Shown here: one piece after another, positions 23,493 through 30,596 of the stretch
How positions within the stretch are numbered: position 1 is the stretch's first letter
Layout of the letters: every line of letters begins with the position of its first letter
DNA from: a virus
Strand: one strand, 5' to 3'
Length of the DNA: 32,267 nt
Virus record (IMG/VR): IMGVR_UViG_3300045988_064271
The notes under the pieces: generated by a model
Told to the model about the DNA's origin: nothing
The model's input: the letters and a program-made list of their open reading frames with translations, nothing else
The model's database searches: none
Made by a program: the position numbers and the translations under genes

Positions 23493-23976
23493 TTTCCTCG
23501 CCCTCCTGGTAGATGACTGGCTTTCCCAGGCTCCGAGCGTATTCCAGTTCGTGGCATGCTCCCGGGCTGTCCTGCCAGTTCGATAGCATGTAGATGGCGT
23601 CGCAGATCTGGATCAGCACCTCATCCAGGCGCATGTACTCTGCCCAGGCAAGTTTGTCGCCGTAGTCGATGCCGGTCGGCGAGATCGGGATCACGTCCGG
23701 ACGGCACAGCTGCCGTTTTGCTTCCTTGAAGTTATCCGCGATCTCCTGCGCTTCCAGTCCGGTCATCTTGCCGGATATGTAGATTCTTTTCGCTCTCGTA
23801 TCGTCCTGCGGCCCGATAGCTTTCTGGATCCGCTGCCGGATGTCTTCGTTTACTGCTTCCTCTCGCAGTATCTTGATGATCTCTTCCAGCAGGGCTTCCT
23901 TTTTCAGTCCTGCGAATCTCGGTGTTTTTTCAACCATTTTTTCTAATCGTCTTATTATCCTTTTTTCGTCTATCAT
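23482..23976 (-). CDS. DUF4406 / nucleoside 2-deoxyribosyltransferase-like fold protein with an N-terminal extension
   Basis: RIYISGKMTG ... CDAIYMLSNWQDSPGACHELEYARSLGKPV is the DUF4406-type pattern. Confidence 0.6.
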   Translation of the reverse strand: MIDEKRIIRRLEKMVEKTPRFAGLKKEALLEEIIKILREEAVNEDIRQRIQKAIGPQDDTRAKRIYISGKMTGLEAQEIADNFKEAKRQLCRPDVIPISPTGIDYGDKLAWAEYMRLDEVLIQICDAIYMLSNWQDSPGACHELEYARSLGKPVIYQEGEENVE

Positions 23977-24349
23977 GCTCCTGTCTCAGCAGCCCCTGCA
24001 GGCGGATCACTTCGTTCGTGATCAGGCCCCCGATGTCGGGGCGGTTCGCCCGATAGGCCGCTCTTGCCTCCTTATCTTTTTTCTTGATCGCTTCCTCGAT
24101 CAGTTCTATCTTTGTTTTTGTCTGTTTCCGGATCTTGGTGTGCTCTTTTTCACACTCCTGCTGCTGGTTCTTTTTCTGGTTTTCTTCGATCCGCTTCTGC
24201 AAATCCTGGTAGTCCGGATCATCCAGCAGGCAGGATGCGTGCTTGCATTCTTCGTCCGTATCCCGTCCGAAGCACAATACGTTTCGTTTTGGGCAGAATA
24301 AAAAGGAACCATACTTTTCAAATCGCTCTTTTCTGATTTTTTCGTCCAT
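23930..24349 (-). CDS. Hypothetical Cys-containing, highly charged coiled-coil protein
   Basis: Start moved to the ATG at 24349, behind AGGAGG. 139 aa. Confidence 0.55.
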   Translation of the reverse strand: MDEKIRKERFEKYGSFLFCPKRNVLCFGRDTDEECKHASCLLDDPDYQDLQKRIEENQKKNQQQECEKEHTKIRKQTKTKIELIEEAIKKKDKEARAAYRANRPDIGGLITNEVIRLQGLLRQEHDRRKKDNKTIRKNG

Positions 24350-24366
24350 GATTCCTTTCCTCCTGT

Positions 24367-24762
24367 TTATAAATAGTTCCTGCCTATCAGCATCATCCAT
24401 GCCGATCTGGCTTCCTCATCGCTCGCCCCTTCGGCGATCATCTCTTCCTCGTACTTCGTCTGGTAGTACATCCGCCATTTCCGGTTCTCTATCCTTGCCC
24501 AGTCGTCACAGTTTGCGTGCAGGCGGGCGTGGATCTCCGGGCAGACATCGACCTGGAACCCCAGCTCTATGCTTTTTTGGCGGTTCGGCCCGCCAAAAAT
24601 CTCATGGCGCTCGGCACCCGGACGATTAGTATACCAGCATCGCCTTTGCGGTTTATCTTTATAGCCGTTAGATAACGGCTTCTTTTTGGTCGTTCTTGGC
24701 TTTGGGAATGGGCAATTTCTATAATATCCAACCAAATCATCAGATGTTTTCTCCCTGCTCAT
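24367..24762 (-). CDS. NinG-like / HNH-fold protein (putative recombination or structure-specific nuclease)
   Basis: 131 aa. RRCWYTNRPGAERHEIFGGPNRQKSIELGFQVDVCPEIHARLH resembles the phage NinG-type Cys/His pattern. From memory only. Confidence 0.4.
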   Translation of the reverse strand: MSREKTSDDLVGYYRNCPFPKPRTTKKKPLSNGYKDKPQRRCWYTNRPGAERHEIFGGPNRQKSIELGFQVDVCPEIHARLHANCDDWARIENRKWRMYYQTKYEEEMIAEGASDEEARSAWMMLIGRNYL

Positions 24763-25117
24763 ACTTCAAGCTCCTTGCTATTTTGATTTTTTCGCCACCT
24801 TTGATCGTGACTACAGTCCCGTCTACGGATATCCGCGCCTGCTGGATCTTGCCCTCAACGACCATCTGCCCAATGTGCAGGATCATATTGCACGTCTCAT
24901 CCCGCAGCGGGCGGAAATTCTGTCCTTCGCACCCCGGCGCGATCAGTGCCATCAGCGCGCCTGTCATGTGCTCTTTTCGCTCTGCTATCTGTTGTTCTCT
25001 CTGATAGCCTCCGCAGCTGCAGTCTCTTGATGCCTGTCTATCTGCGTCTTCTTGACTTTCTGCGATGATACTTATTTCTTCGCCGCAGTATCGGCATTTC
25101 CCAGTAAAAGTACCCAA
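24740..25117 (-). CDS. Hypothetical Cys-rich protein
   Basis: 125 aa with a TTG start behind GAGAGGAGAG. CRYC ... CSC. Confidence 0.5.
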   Translation of the reverse strand: MGTFTGKCRYCGEEISIIAESQEDADRQASRDCSCGGYQREQQIAERKEHMTGALMALIAPGCEGQNFRPLRDETCNMILHIGQMVVEGKIQQARISVDGTVVTIKGGEKIKIARSLKYEQGENI

Positions 25118-25259
25118 CTTCTCTCACTCTCCTCTCTTTCAGGGTGTCTATAATCTCATCGTCGGGCGGTTTCATGCTCCCGGTGAGCGCTCTGGTGATC
25201 CTGGCGTTGCGTTCTTCTTCCCGCTGCGCCAGGAAGTCTTCCTCGGCTCGCCAGTTCAT
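25038..25259 (-). CDS. Hypothetical protein (the 3' end overlaps the next gene by 80 nt)
   Basis: 73-aa ORF. The C-terminal Arg-rich tail lies in the overlap and may not be real. Confidence 0.4.
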   Translation of the reverse strand: MNWRAEEDFLAQREEERNARITRALTGSMKPPDDEIIDTLKERRVREVGYFYWEMPILRRRNKYHRRKSRRRR

Positions 25260-25498
25260 CGTTCGATGACTCGGCCGGATGCTCCGTTCCCGTAGATCTC
25301 TTTGGCGATCTCCAGCATATTCATGCCGTTGCTGTTAGCGTCGGCGTGGATCCGGCGCTCAAAGCCGCCCAGGTAGCGGATCACGATCCACTCTCTTCCA
25401 TCTTCCTTCTGGTATTTGATGTTCTCAACGCCAGAGCGATCGTCAGCTATGACGGCCGCTTTCAGGCTGTTCACGAAATCTTTTTTTGAAATGTTCAT
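25256..25498 (-). CDS. Hypothetical protein
   Basis: 80-aa ORF with 4-nt overlap to the downstream gene. Confidence 0.55.
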   Translation of the reverse strand: MNISKKDFVNSLKAAVIADDRSGVENIKYQKEDGREWIVIRYLGGFERRIHADANSNGMNMLEIAKEIYGNGASGRVIER

Positions 25499-25655
25499 CG
25501 TCCCGTTCCTTTTCCTGAATCGGGAGCACGAACGCCAGCAGGATCGGGAGCACCCACTCCGGGCCTATCCCGAATTCTCCGCGGCAGATCCATGCCCCGC
25601 CTATGGTTATGATTGTTGTCGCTGTTAAGATAAGGATTGCTACAAAGGCTCTCAT
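25443..25655 (-). CDS. Small two-TM membrane protein
   Basis: Start moved to the ATG at 25655, behind GAGGGGG. MRAFVAILILTATTIITIGGAWI ... WVLPILLAFVLPI. Confidence 0.5.
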   Translation of the reverse strand: MRAFVAILILTATTIITIGGAWICRGEFGIGPEWVLPILLAFVLPIQEKERDDEHFKKRFREQPESGRHS

Positions 25656-25810
25656 GCCGTCGCCCCCTCTTTCTCTTTCTGGGCTTTTTCTTCCGCCCAT
25701 TTTCGTTCAACGTATGCCGTCGCTACTTCCACGCAGGCTTTCGTGAATCTCTCCCGGTATCCGGGAGTGAATTCAACCACAACTTTTACTTCTTTCCGTT
25801 TTCTCGCCAT
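25652..25810 (-). CDS. Possible 52-aa ORF
   Basis: ATG at 25810 behind AGGAGG. Translation MARKRKEVKVVVEFTPGYRERFTKACVEVATAYVERKWAEEKAQKEKEGATA. Its TGA overlaps the next ATG (ATGA). Confidence 0.4.
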   Translation of the reverse strand: MARKRKEVKVVVEFTPGYRERFTKACVEVATAYVERKWAEEKAQKEKEGATA

Positions 25811-25943
25811 CTTCTTTCCTCCTGTTCAGGTCGACCATGGCTTTACCATATCCGATCAATTCGCCCTTTTTGCCTTCCGTCATGTATGGCAGGGCATCAG
25901 CCACCCGTTTCATTACCTCTATATCTCGCTGGTCGTTCGTCAT
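25773..25943 (-). CDS. Hypothetical small protein
   Basis: The internal ATG at 25943 overlaps the upstream stop (ATGA). 56 aa, beginning MTNDQRDIEVMKRVADALPYM. Confidence 0.45.
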   Translation of the reverse strand: MTNDQRDIEVMKRVADALPYMTEGKKGELIGYGKAMVDLNRRKEDGEKTERSKSCG

Positions 25944-26404
25944 CCCTTTTCCTCCTCTCTTACATATGGCTCCGGCTCTTCTATGATCAGCTTCCACGCT
26001 TCCACGATTTCTGCTTCTCCGACGATCCAGTCTCCCATGTACGTGGCGACTTTCACCGTTCGCACTCCGTCCTCGTTTACTGTCACCCAATAATCTCCGT
26101 TCTTTCCCGGTGTCATTATTTCGGCATCATTCCACCCGCTGCTTCCGTGGCTCTTGCTCCATGCAATCCACCTTTCTGCGTCCTGCAATCTCCGGATCAG
26201 GTTTTGTCTCACCTGGCACGCCTTGTCGGCGTGCTCGTACAGGAGCCTCAACGCCTTTTTGTGCTCTCCGACCGTCTGTTCCAGATCGTCCATACATCTT
26301 TTTATCTGGTCATTTATTCTTTTTTCTGCTCTCGCCGCCCACCAGTACGCGACGATCATGTACGCTACGATCAGCGCTGCCCAACTAATGAAAAAAATCT
26401 TCAT
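25940..26404 (-). CDS. N-terminally anchored protein with a DUF551-like C-terminal domain
   Basis: 154 aa with TM segment IFFISWAALIVAYMIVAYWW. C-terminus GDYWVTVNEDG...AWKLIIEEPEPY. Confidence 0.55.
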   Translation of the reverse strand: MKIFFISWAALIVAYMIVAYWWAARAEKRINDQIKRCMDDLEQTVGEHKKALRLLYEHADKACQVRQNLIRRLQDAERWIAWSKSHGSSGWNDAEIMTPGKNGDYWVTVNEDGVRTVKVATYMGDWIVGEAEIVEAWKLIIEEPEPYVREEEKG

Positions 26405-26419
26405 TCTCTTTCTCCTTTT

Positions 26420-26761
26420 TCACACTTCTCTTTCCAGTGCTGTCTTTTTCTTTTTGATCCCGGCGATCATTTCGTCCGCCATCGCTACACGTCCGACCTC
26501 CACGATTATCTCTCTAGCACCGGCTTCTCCCAGTTTGTCTTTTGCTATCACATACAGGTTCGTCATAACCAGTGCAGTATCCGCCATGATCTCAATTAGA
26601 CCTCCTTCTATCTCTGTGATCCCGTTTTCTGTTTTAATCATTTTCCCCTCCGTTATCCTGTACTCCGTCTCTACTACTTCGGAGTTCATTCGCGCGGCTG
26701 GAGCCTTCGCCAGCGACCGAGCCGATACATCTGCATATGCGGATCTGTTGTCTGCACTCAA
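26420..26761 (-). CDS. Hypothetical protein (start uncertain: TTG 26761, ATG 26689 or ATG 26641)
   Basis: 113-aa ORF. The best ribosome-binding site (GGAGGGG) precedes the ATG at 26641. Confidence 0.5.
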   Translation of the reverse strand: MSADNRSAYADVSARSLAKAPAARMNSEVVETEYRITEGKMIKTENGITEIEGGLIEIMADTALVMTNLYVIAKDKLGEAGAREIIVEVGRVAMADEMIAGIKKKKTALEREV

Positions 26762-26891
26762 CAGAGCTCTTCTCTTTTGCGATCATAAAAACAAGACTGT
26801 TCTGCATGATTTTCTTGGTTTTATAGACAGCGAGTTCTTCAACTCCGGCGAAGATCTGGACAGTTATCGCAAATACAGCGAGCGGCTCCAC
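26634..26891 (-). CDS. Doubtful ORF at the start of the early operon
   Basis: 85-aa ORF with a GTG start and a weak ribosome-binding site. The 3' half looks like off-frame translation (Arg/Cys/Ser/Gly-rich). Confidence 0.25.
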   Translation of the reverse strand: MEPLAVFAITVQIFAGVEELAVYKTKKIMQNSLVFMIAKEKSSVECRQQIRICRCIGSVAGEGSSRANELRSSRDGVQDNGGEND

Positions 26892-26924
26892 GGCGTTGCT
26901 GACTGCCTAAGCCTAGACCTTGAA

Positions 26925-27077
26925 TCAACTAAGCCACGCGTAGATTGAGTACAGCGTCGCCACGAATATGGCCCACGCCGGGTACAGCTTGCCTCCGGAT
27001 TGTAATTTTTTCATCACTATGATCCCGACTATTGCCACCGCCCATATCACTATTGCCATTATGATTTCGAACTTCAT
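26925..27077 (-). CDS. 50-aa two-TM membrane protein, first gene of the leftward early operon
   Basis: GGGAGGTCACAAG precedes the ATG. Translation MKFEIIMAIVIWAVAIVGIIVMKKLQSGGKLYPAWAIFVATLYSIYAWLS. Below the ORF-track size cutoff. Confidence 0.6.
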   Translation of the reverse strand: MKFEIIMAIVIWAVAIVGIIVMKKLQSGGKLYPAWAIFVATLYSIYAWLS

Positions 27078-27100
27078 CTTGTGACCTCCCTGTTTTTTCC

Positions 27101-27120
27101 TTTTTGTTCCTCGTGGTTAC
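27101..27120. promoter_or_regulatory. Candidate operator, copy 1 of a 20-nt direct repeat
   Basis: tttttgttcctcgtggttac compared with tttttgttccttctggtaac (27154..27173) gives 17/20 identical. Lies just downstream of the leftward -10. Confidence 0.4.
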
Positions 27121-27149
27121 AGTGTAGTCCCTTCCGGGTACTTTGTCAA
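27121..27149 (-). promoter_or_regulatory. Leftward early promoter
   Basis: On the minus strand: TTGACA - 17 nt - TACACT. Confidence 0.6.
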
Positions 27150-27153
27150 TTCT

Positions 27154-27173
27154 TTTTTGTTCCTTCTGGTAAC
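27154..27173. promoter_or_regulatory. Candidate operator, copy 2 of the 20-nt direct repeat
   Basis: Lies between the two divergent -35 boxes. Confidence 0.4.
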
Positions 27174-27180
27174 TTTTTTA

Positions 27181-27209
27181 TTGACCCACTGCATTTGCGG
27201 GGCTATAAT
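27181..27209 (+). promoter_or_regulatory. Rightward promoter of the repressor gene
   Basis: TTGACC - 17 nt - TATAAT, then GGGAGGA and the ATG at 27235. Confidence 0.75.
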
Positions 27210-27234
27210 GAACTCACAGGGAGGATCGGAAAGT

Positions 27235-27609
27235 ATGACATATGGAGAAAGGTTAAAAAAATTAAGGAAGCATTTTGGGTTGACGTTGGAGCAGTTCGGG
27301 AATCGTTTAGGCGTTCAGAAAAACACAATCTCCCGGCTGGAGCGCGAAGTGAATGGTTTGACCGATCAGATGGCGACTGCTATTTGCAGAGAGTATGGTG
27401 TGTCAAAAGAATGGCTGCGCGACGGCGAGGGTGAGATGTTTGCTCCGGTAACTAGAAATGAAAAGATTGCCCGGTTTGCAGGGGAACTCATGAAGGACGA
27501 GACGCCGGACTTTCGGCGACAGCTGGTCGAGATCCTGGCTGATCTGGACGACGATGGTTGGGAAGCCCTGGCTTGCTTTGCAGAAAAGCTGGCCGGAATA
27601 AAAAAATAG
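27235..27609 (+). CDS. XRE-family HTH repressor (CI-like, no S24 peptidase domain)
   Basis: MTYGERLKKLRKHFGLTLEQFGNRLGVQKNTISRLEREVNGL is a classic HTH_3 domain. 124 aa. Divergent from the early operon. Confidence 0.85.
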   Translation: MTYGERLKKLRKHFGLTLEQFGNRLGVQKNTISRLEREVNGLTDQMATAICREYGVSKEWLRDGEGEMFAPVTRNEKIARFAGELMKDETPDFRRQLVEILADLDDDGWEALACFAEKLAGIKK

Positions 27610-27631
27610 AGCAGGCACGCTGCCTACTCTA
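27607..27631. terminator. Bidirectional hairpin terminator between the repressor gene and a convergent small ORF
   Basis: TAGAGCAGGCA-cgc-TGCCTACTCTA (11-bp stem with one mismatch). There is a T7 run on the minus-strand side and a weaker T-rich tail on the plus side. Confidence 0.6.
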
Positions 27632-27743
27632 TCATTGCTTTTATAAATGCATGGATCAATTTTACCTGCTCGAAGTTCAACCGCTTCATCATCTCTTCAA
27701 TCTTTTCTACAAAATACTCTTTCCCTTCTTTATTTGTTTTCAT
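27624..27743 (-). CDS. 39-aa helical ORF convergent with the repressor
   Basis: AAGAGGAGG lies 8 nt before the ATG at 27743. Translation MKTNKEGKEYFVEKIEEMMKRLNFEQVKLIHAFIKAMIE. Confidence 0.5.
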   Translation of the reverse strand: MKTNKEGKEYFVEKIEEMMKRLNFEQVKLIHAFIKAMIE

Positions 27744-27855
27744 AATCGGGACCTCCTCTTAGCTTTAGTTTAATACTTTAATTCCGTTTTCGGATTTTTA
27801 TTGCACTCTAATTTTTACACAATTTCGACATAATCCGGCGGAGAAAGGAAAAATC

Positions 27856-28770
27856 ATGACTGTTCAGCAATTCAAAGAAGTAGAGGATTATCGCAAATTC
27901 ACAGCACCTGCAGAACTGCACAAGGCTGTGAATACCCTTCGCGGCCTTGTCGCCGGTATTACTACTGACCGTACCGTTTCGGATGATGAAATCAACGAAC
28001 TGTCTAACTGGTGCCTGGTTAATAGCAGATTTTCGTCGCGCCATCCATTCAGCGAGCTGATTCCTAAAATAAGAGAGATCTATGAGGACGGCATTATCAC
28101 TGAAGAGGAATCTGCGGATATTTTATGGTTGTGCAACAATTTCGTTTCGGATTCCGACTACTACGATCTGATCACATCTTCGATCCAATTTTTGTTCGGT
28201 CTGATGCACGGCGTCATGGCAGACGGCGAGATCAGCGACAAAGAGATCCTGTCATTGTCTGACTGGGTTCGCACAAATCAATATCTTTCCGGCTGCTATC
28301 CGTTTGACGAGCTGGAGAGTCTTATTCTTTCCATTCTTGCAGATGGAAAGATCGACGAGGATGAGCGAAATATTTTAAAATCTTTTTTCAGCAACTTCAT
28401 CGACACGACTTTGTCTTACAATCTAAACGAATCCGAATTGAAAGCACTCCGCGACCAGTACAGTGTCGAAGGCATCTGTTCTATTTGCCAGTCTATCGAC
28501 TTTCCCGGTTCCGTCTTTTCTTTCACCGGGCAGTCTTCAGTTGCCACCAGGCAAGAGATCGCAGAACAAGTCGAATCTCTTGGCGGGATTTTCAAAAATA
28601 ACGTTACCAAAAAAACAAACTATCTGATCGTCGGGAACGAAGGGAATCCGTGTTGGGCGTATTCCTGCTACGGCCGCAAGGTGGATGCTGCGATCAAGCT
28701 GCGCAAATCCGGTATCCCGATTGTGATTGTGAACGAAACGGATTTTTGGGATATCCTCGAAGATCTGTAG
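27856..28770 (+). CDS. Protein with two TerB/DjlA-N-like repeats and a C-terminal BRCT domain
   Basis: Internal duplication: TDRTVSDDEINELSNWC...PFSELIPKIREIYEDGIITEEESADILW against ADGEISDKEILSLSDWV...PFDELESLILSILADGKIDEDERNILKSFF. The C-terminal FSFTGQSSVATRQEIAEQVESLGGIFKNNVTKKTNYLIVGNEG...IVNETDFWDIL is a LigA-type BRCT pattern. Confidence 0.75.
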   Translation: MTVQQFKEVEDYRKFTAPAELHKAVNTLRGLVAGITTDRTVSDDEINELSNWCLVNSRFSSRHPFSELIPKIREIYEDGIITEEESADILWLCNNFVSDSDYYDLITSSIQFLFGLMHGVMADGEISDKEILSLSDWVRTNQYLSGCYPFDELESLILSILADGKIDEDERNILKSFFSNFIDTTLSYNLNESELKALRDQYSVEGICSICQSIDFPGSVFSFTGQSSVATRQEIAEQVESLGGIFKNNVTKKTNYLIVGNEGNPCWAYSCYGRKVDAAIKLRKSGIPIVIVNETDFWDILEDL

Positions 28771-28809
28771 CAACGCTGATCGAATTTTAAAAGAGTTGGA
28801 GGACTATAT

Positions 28810-30366
28810 ATGAGAATTGCAATCTATGCTCGAAAAAGTGCTTTTTCCGATAAAAGTGAAAGCGTGCACAACCAGGATCGGATGTGCCGTGAGTACTGTG
28901 CTCTTCATTTTCCAGGGGAGCACATTTTTTTGAATTATACTGACGAGGATAAGACAGGAGCGAACACGAACCGGCCAGCACTGCAGAAAATGATGCGAGA
29001 CGTGCATACCGGGATCATCGACTTGTTGATCGTGTACCAGCTGGACCGGCTGACTCGTGATGTGCGAGACTACTGCAATCTATCCGCTGAGCTGAATGAT
29101 TGTGGCGTTCACTTTACATCCGTAAAAGAATCTGTTGATACGTCCACCCCGATCGGCGAAGCGCTGACGACTCTTTCCGCCGTTTTTGCACAGATGGAAC
29201 GAAAAACACTCTCTAATCGTGTTTACGATAACATGATGGGGCTTGCTCGTTCCGGATGGTGGACTGGCGGGAACCTTCCGTGCGGCTACACTACCCGGAG
29301 AGTCGTAGAGAACGGCAAGCCTCACACTCTTCTCGTTCCTGATCCGGAAAAGGCAGAGCAACTGGTCACCGTTTTTAAACTGTTTGTGGAGCGCGGCTCT
29401 TCTTTTCATTCGTTCGCATCATTCGCACTGACGAATGATTGCTTTGATATATTCGGCATTCCGTCAACTTCGCAGGTTCGCCGCGTGATCACGTCCCCTT
29501 ACGGTGCTCCAGCTAACAAGGATCTGCGCAACTACTATCTTTCGATCGGGGCGAACGTGATCGGTGCAGAGTCCGACTGGGATGGTGCCCATGGTGTGAT
29601 GCGGTACGGGGTGACTGACCAGCGCAATGGAACCACCACGAATCCCCGCGAGTCCTGGATAGTGTGTCCCGGCAGGCATGAACCTATCCTGCCCGCAGAT
29701 CTCTGGCTCGCTGCGCAGGATCAGGTCAAGTCAAACATGTTTTGTAAACAGGCAAAGTATCCCCCAGTGCTCCTGAAGGGAATCCTTTGTTGCAAATGTG
29801 GCCGCATGATGTCCCCAGTCCGATCGCGGTACAAAGACAAGATGTACATCTCATACCGCTGCACTCGTACCGGCGAGGTCGGTCGAAAGTCTCCAGACTG
29901 CGTCTCTGCCTGCCGCGACTATGTCTTGGACGAAAAAGTCTTATCCGTTTTCCGCGAGATCGAAAGAGATCCAGAGGTTATAAAAAAGTATTCCCCTGCG
30001 GCACCAGCTACCGATCAGGATGCGCTCCACAAAAAAGAAAAAGAAATCGAATCACTGCAGAAAAAGATCGGCAATCTGTCCTCCGCCCTGGCTATCAATC
30101 CGGAGTCGACAGCGGCGAAGTACATCATTGCAGACATGGAGTCCCTGGATTCGCAGATCCAGAAGAAGCAGATGGAGCTGGCCGGTCTACGAGCGAACAG
30201 GTTGACGGCAGCGCAGGCAGAAAAAGAACTGGCTGCCAAACAAAAGGAGATCGCCCGGCTGGTGCGGAATCTGGATGACCTGCCGCCAGAAGAACAGAAC
30301 AAGATCGCACGCAGTGTGCTGCGCAAATGTGTGTGGGACGGGGATACTCTTTTTTTAGAGTTTTGA
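28810..30366 (+). CDS. int: Large serine recombinase (integrase)
   Basis: MRIAIYARKSAFSD catalytic Ser motif and LIVYQLDRLTRD. Also a recombinase domain, a zinc ribbon (CCKCGRMM...YRCTR) and a C-terminal coiled coil. 518 aa. Confidence 0.92.
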   Translation: MRIAIYARKSAFSDKSESVHNQDRMCREYCALHFPGEHIFLNYTDEDKTGANTNRPALQKMMRDVHTGIIDLLIVYQLDRLTRDVRDYCNLSAELNDCGVHFTSVKESVDTSTPIGEALTTLSAVFAQMERKTLSNRVYDNMMGLARSGWWTGGNLPCGYTTRRVVENGKPHTLLVPDPEKAEQLVTVFKLFVERGSSFHSFASFALTNDCFDIFGIPSTSQVRRVITSPYGAPANKDLRNYYLSIGANVIGAESDWDGAHGVMRYGVTDQRNGTTTNPRESWIVCPGRHEPILPADLWLAAQDQVKSNMFCKQAKYPPVLLKGILCCKCGRMMSPVRSRYKDKMYISYRCTRTGEVGRKSPDCVSACRDYVLDEKVLSVFREIERDPEVIKKYSPAAPATDQDALHKKEKEIESLQKKIGNLSSALAINPESTAAKYIIADMESLDSQIQKKQMELAGLRANRLTAAQAEKELAAKQKEIARLVRNLDDLPPEEQNKIARSVLRKCVWDGDTLFLEF

Positions 30367-30374
30367 TTTATGTA

Positions 30375-30410
30375 TTTTTGTGACTGTTGGGACTGCAATA
30401 GAATCAAAAA
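30375..30410. other. Candidate attP core (imperfect dyad just downstream of int)
   Basis: tttttgtgactgttg ... caatagaatcaaaaa. The arms match at about 11 of 15 positions around a gggact centre. Confidence 0.25.
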
Positions 30411-30436
30411 GATGCAAAAAAACATTTGAAAAGGTA

Positions 30437-30465
30437 TTGACACGCCACTCATTGAGTGTTATAAT
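30437..30465 (+). promoter_or_regulatory. Consensus sigma-A/sigma-70 promoter
   Basis: TTGACA - 17 nt - TATAAT exactly, preceded by A-tracts (UP-like). Confidence 0.8.
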
Positions 30466-30496
30466 TAAGATACATTAAAGGAAGGGAGGTGGTGAT

Positions 30497-30589
30497 GTGA
30501 ATGATCCCATAGAAATAATAAAAGACCTGCTCGAGATCATCGTTCTTCTCGAAACGCTTCGAACGATTGAAGAGAAGAAAGATGAGTAG
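30497..30589 (+). CDS. 30-codon micro-ORF (leader peptide or small regulatory protein)
   Basis: GGGAGGTG is followed 5 nt later by GTG. Translation MNDPIEIIKDLLEIIVLLETLRTIEEKKDE. The stop lies 7 nt before the terminator stem. Confidence 0.5.
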   Translation: MNDPIEIIKDLLEIIVLLETLRTIEEKKDE

Positions 30590-30596
30590 CAGGTCA

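Noticed and set aside
26762-26948. The plus-strand reading ...KTVLHDFLGFIDSEFFNSGEDLDSYRKYSERLHGVADCL, which looks protein-like
   Set aside because: There is no start codon or ribosome-binding site in frame near it. It is the tail of a 264-aa antisense ORF and would be a lone plus-strand gene inside the leftward early operon, overlapping the 50-aa membrane gene. The coding status of 26762..26924 remains unresolved.
27157-27234. The longer repressor ORF starting at 27157
   Set aside because: The extension overlaps the -35/-10 promoter and would lie upstream of the transcription start. The ATG at 27235 has a GGGAGGA ribosome-binding site and begins the canonical HTH.
27235-27609. A LexA/CI-type S24 autocleavage domain or an adjacent ImmA metalloprotease
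   Set aside because: The repressor is only 124 aa, with no Ala-Gly / Ser...Lys signature. No HEXXH protein is encoded nearby.
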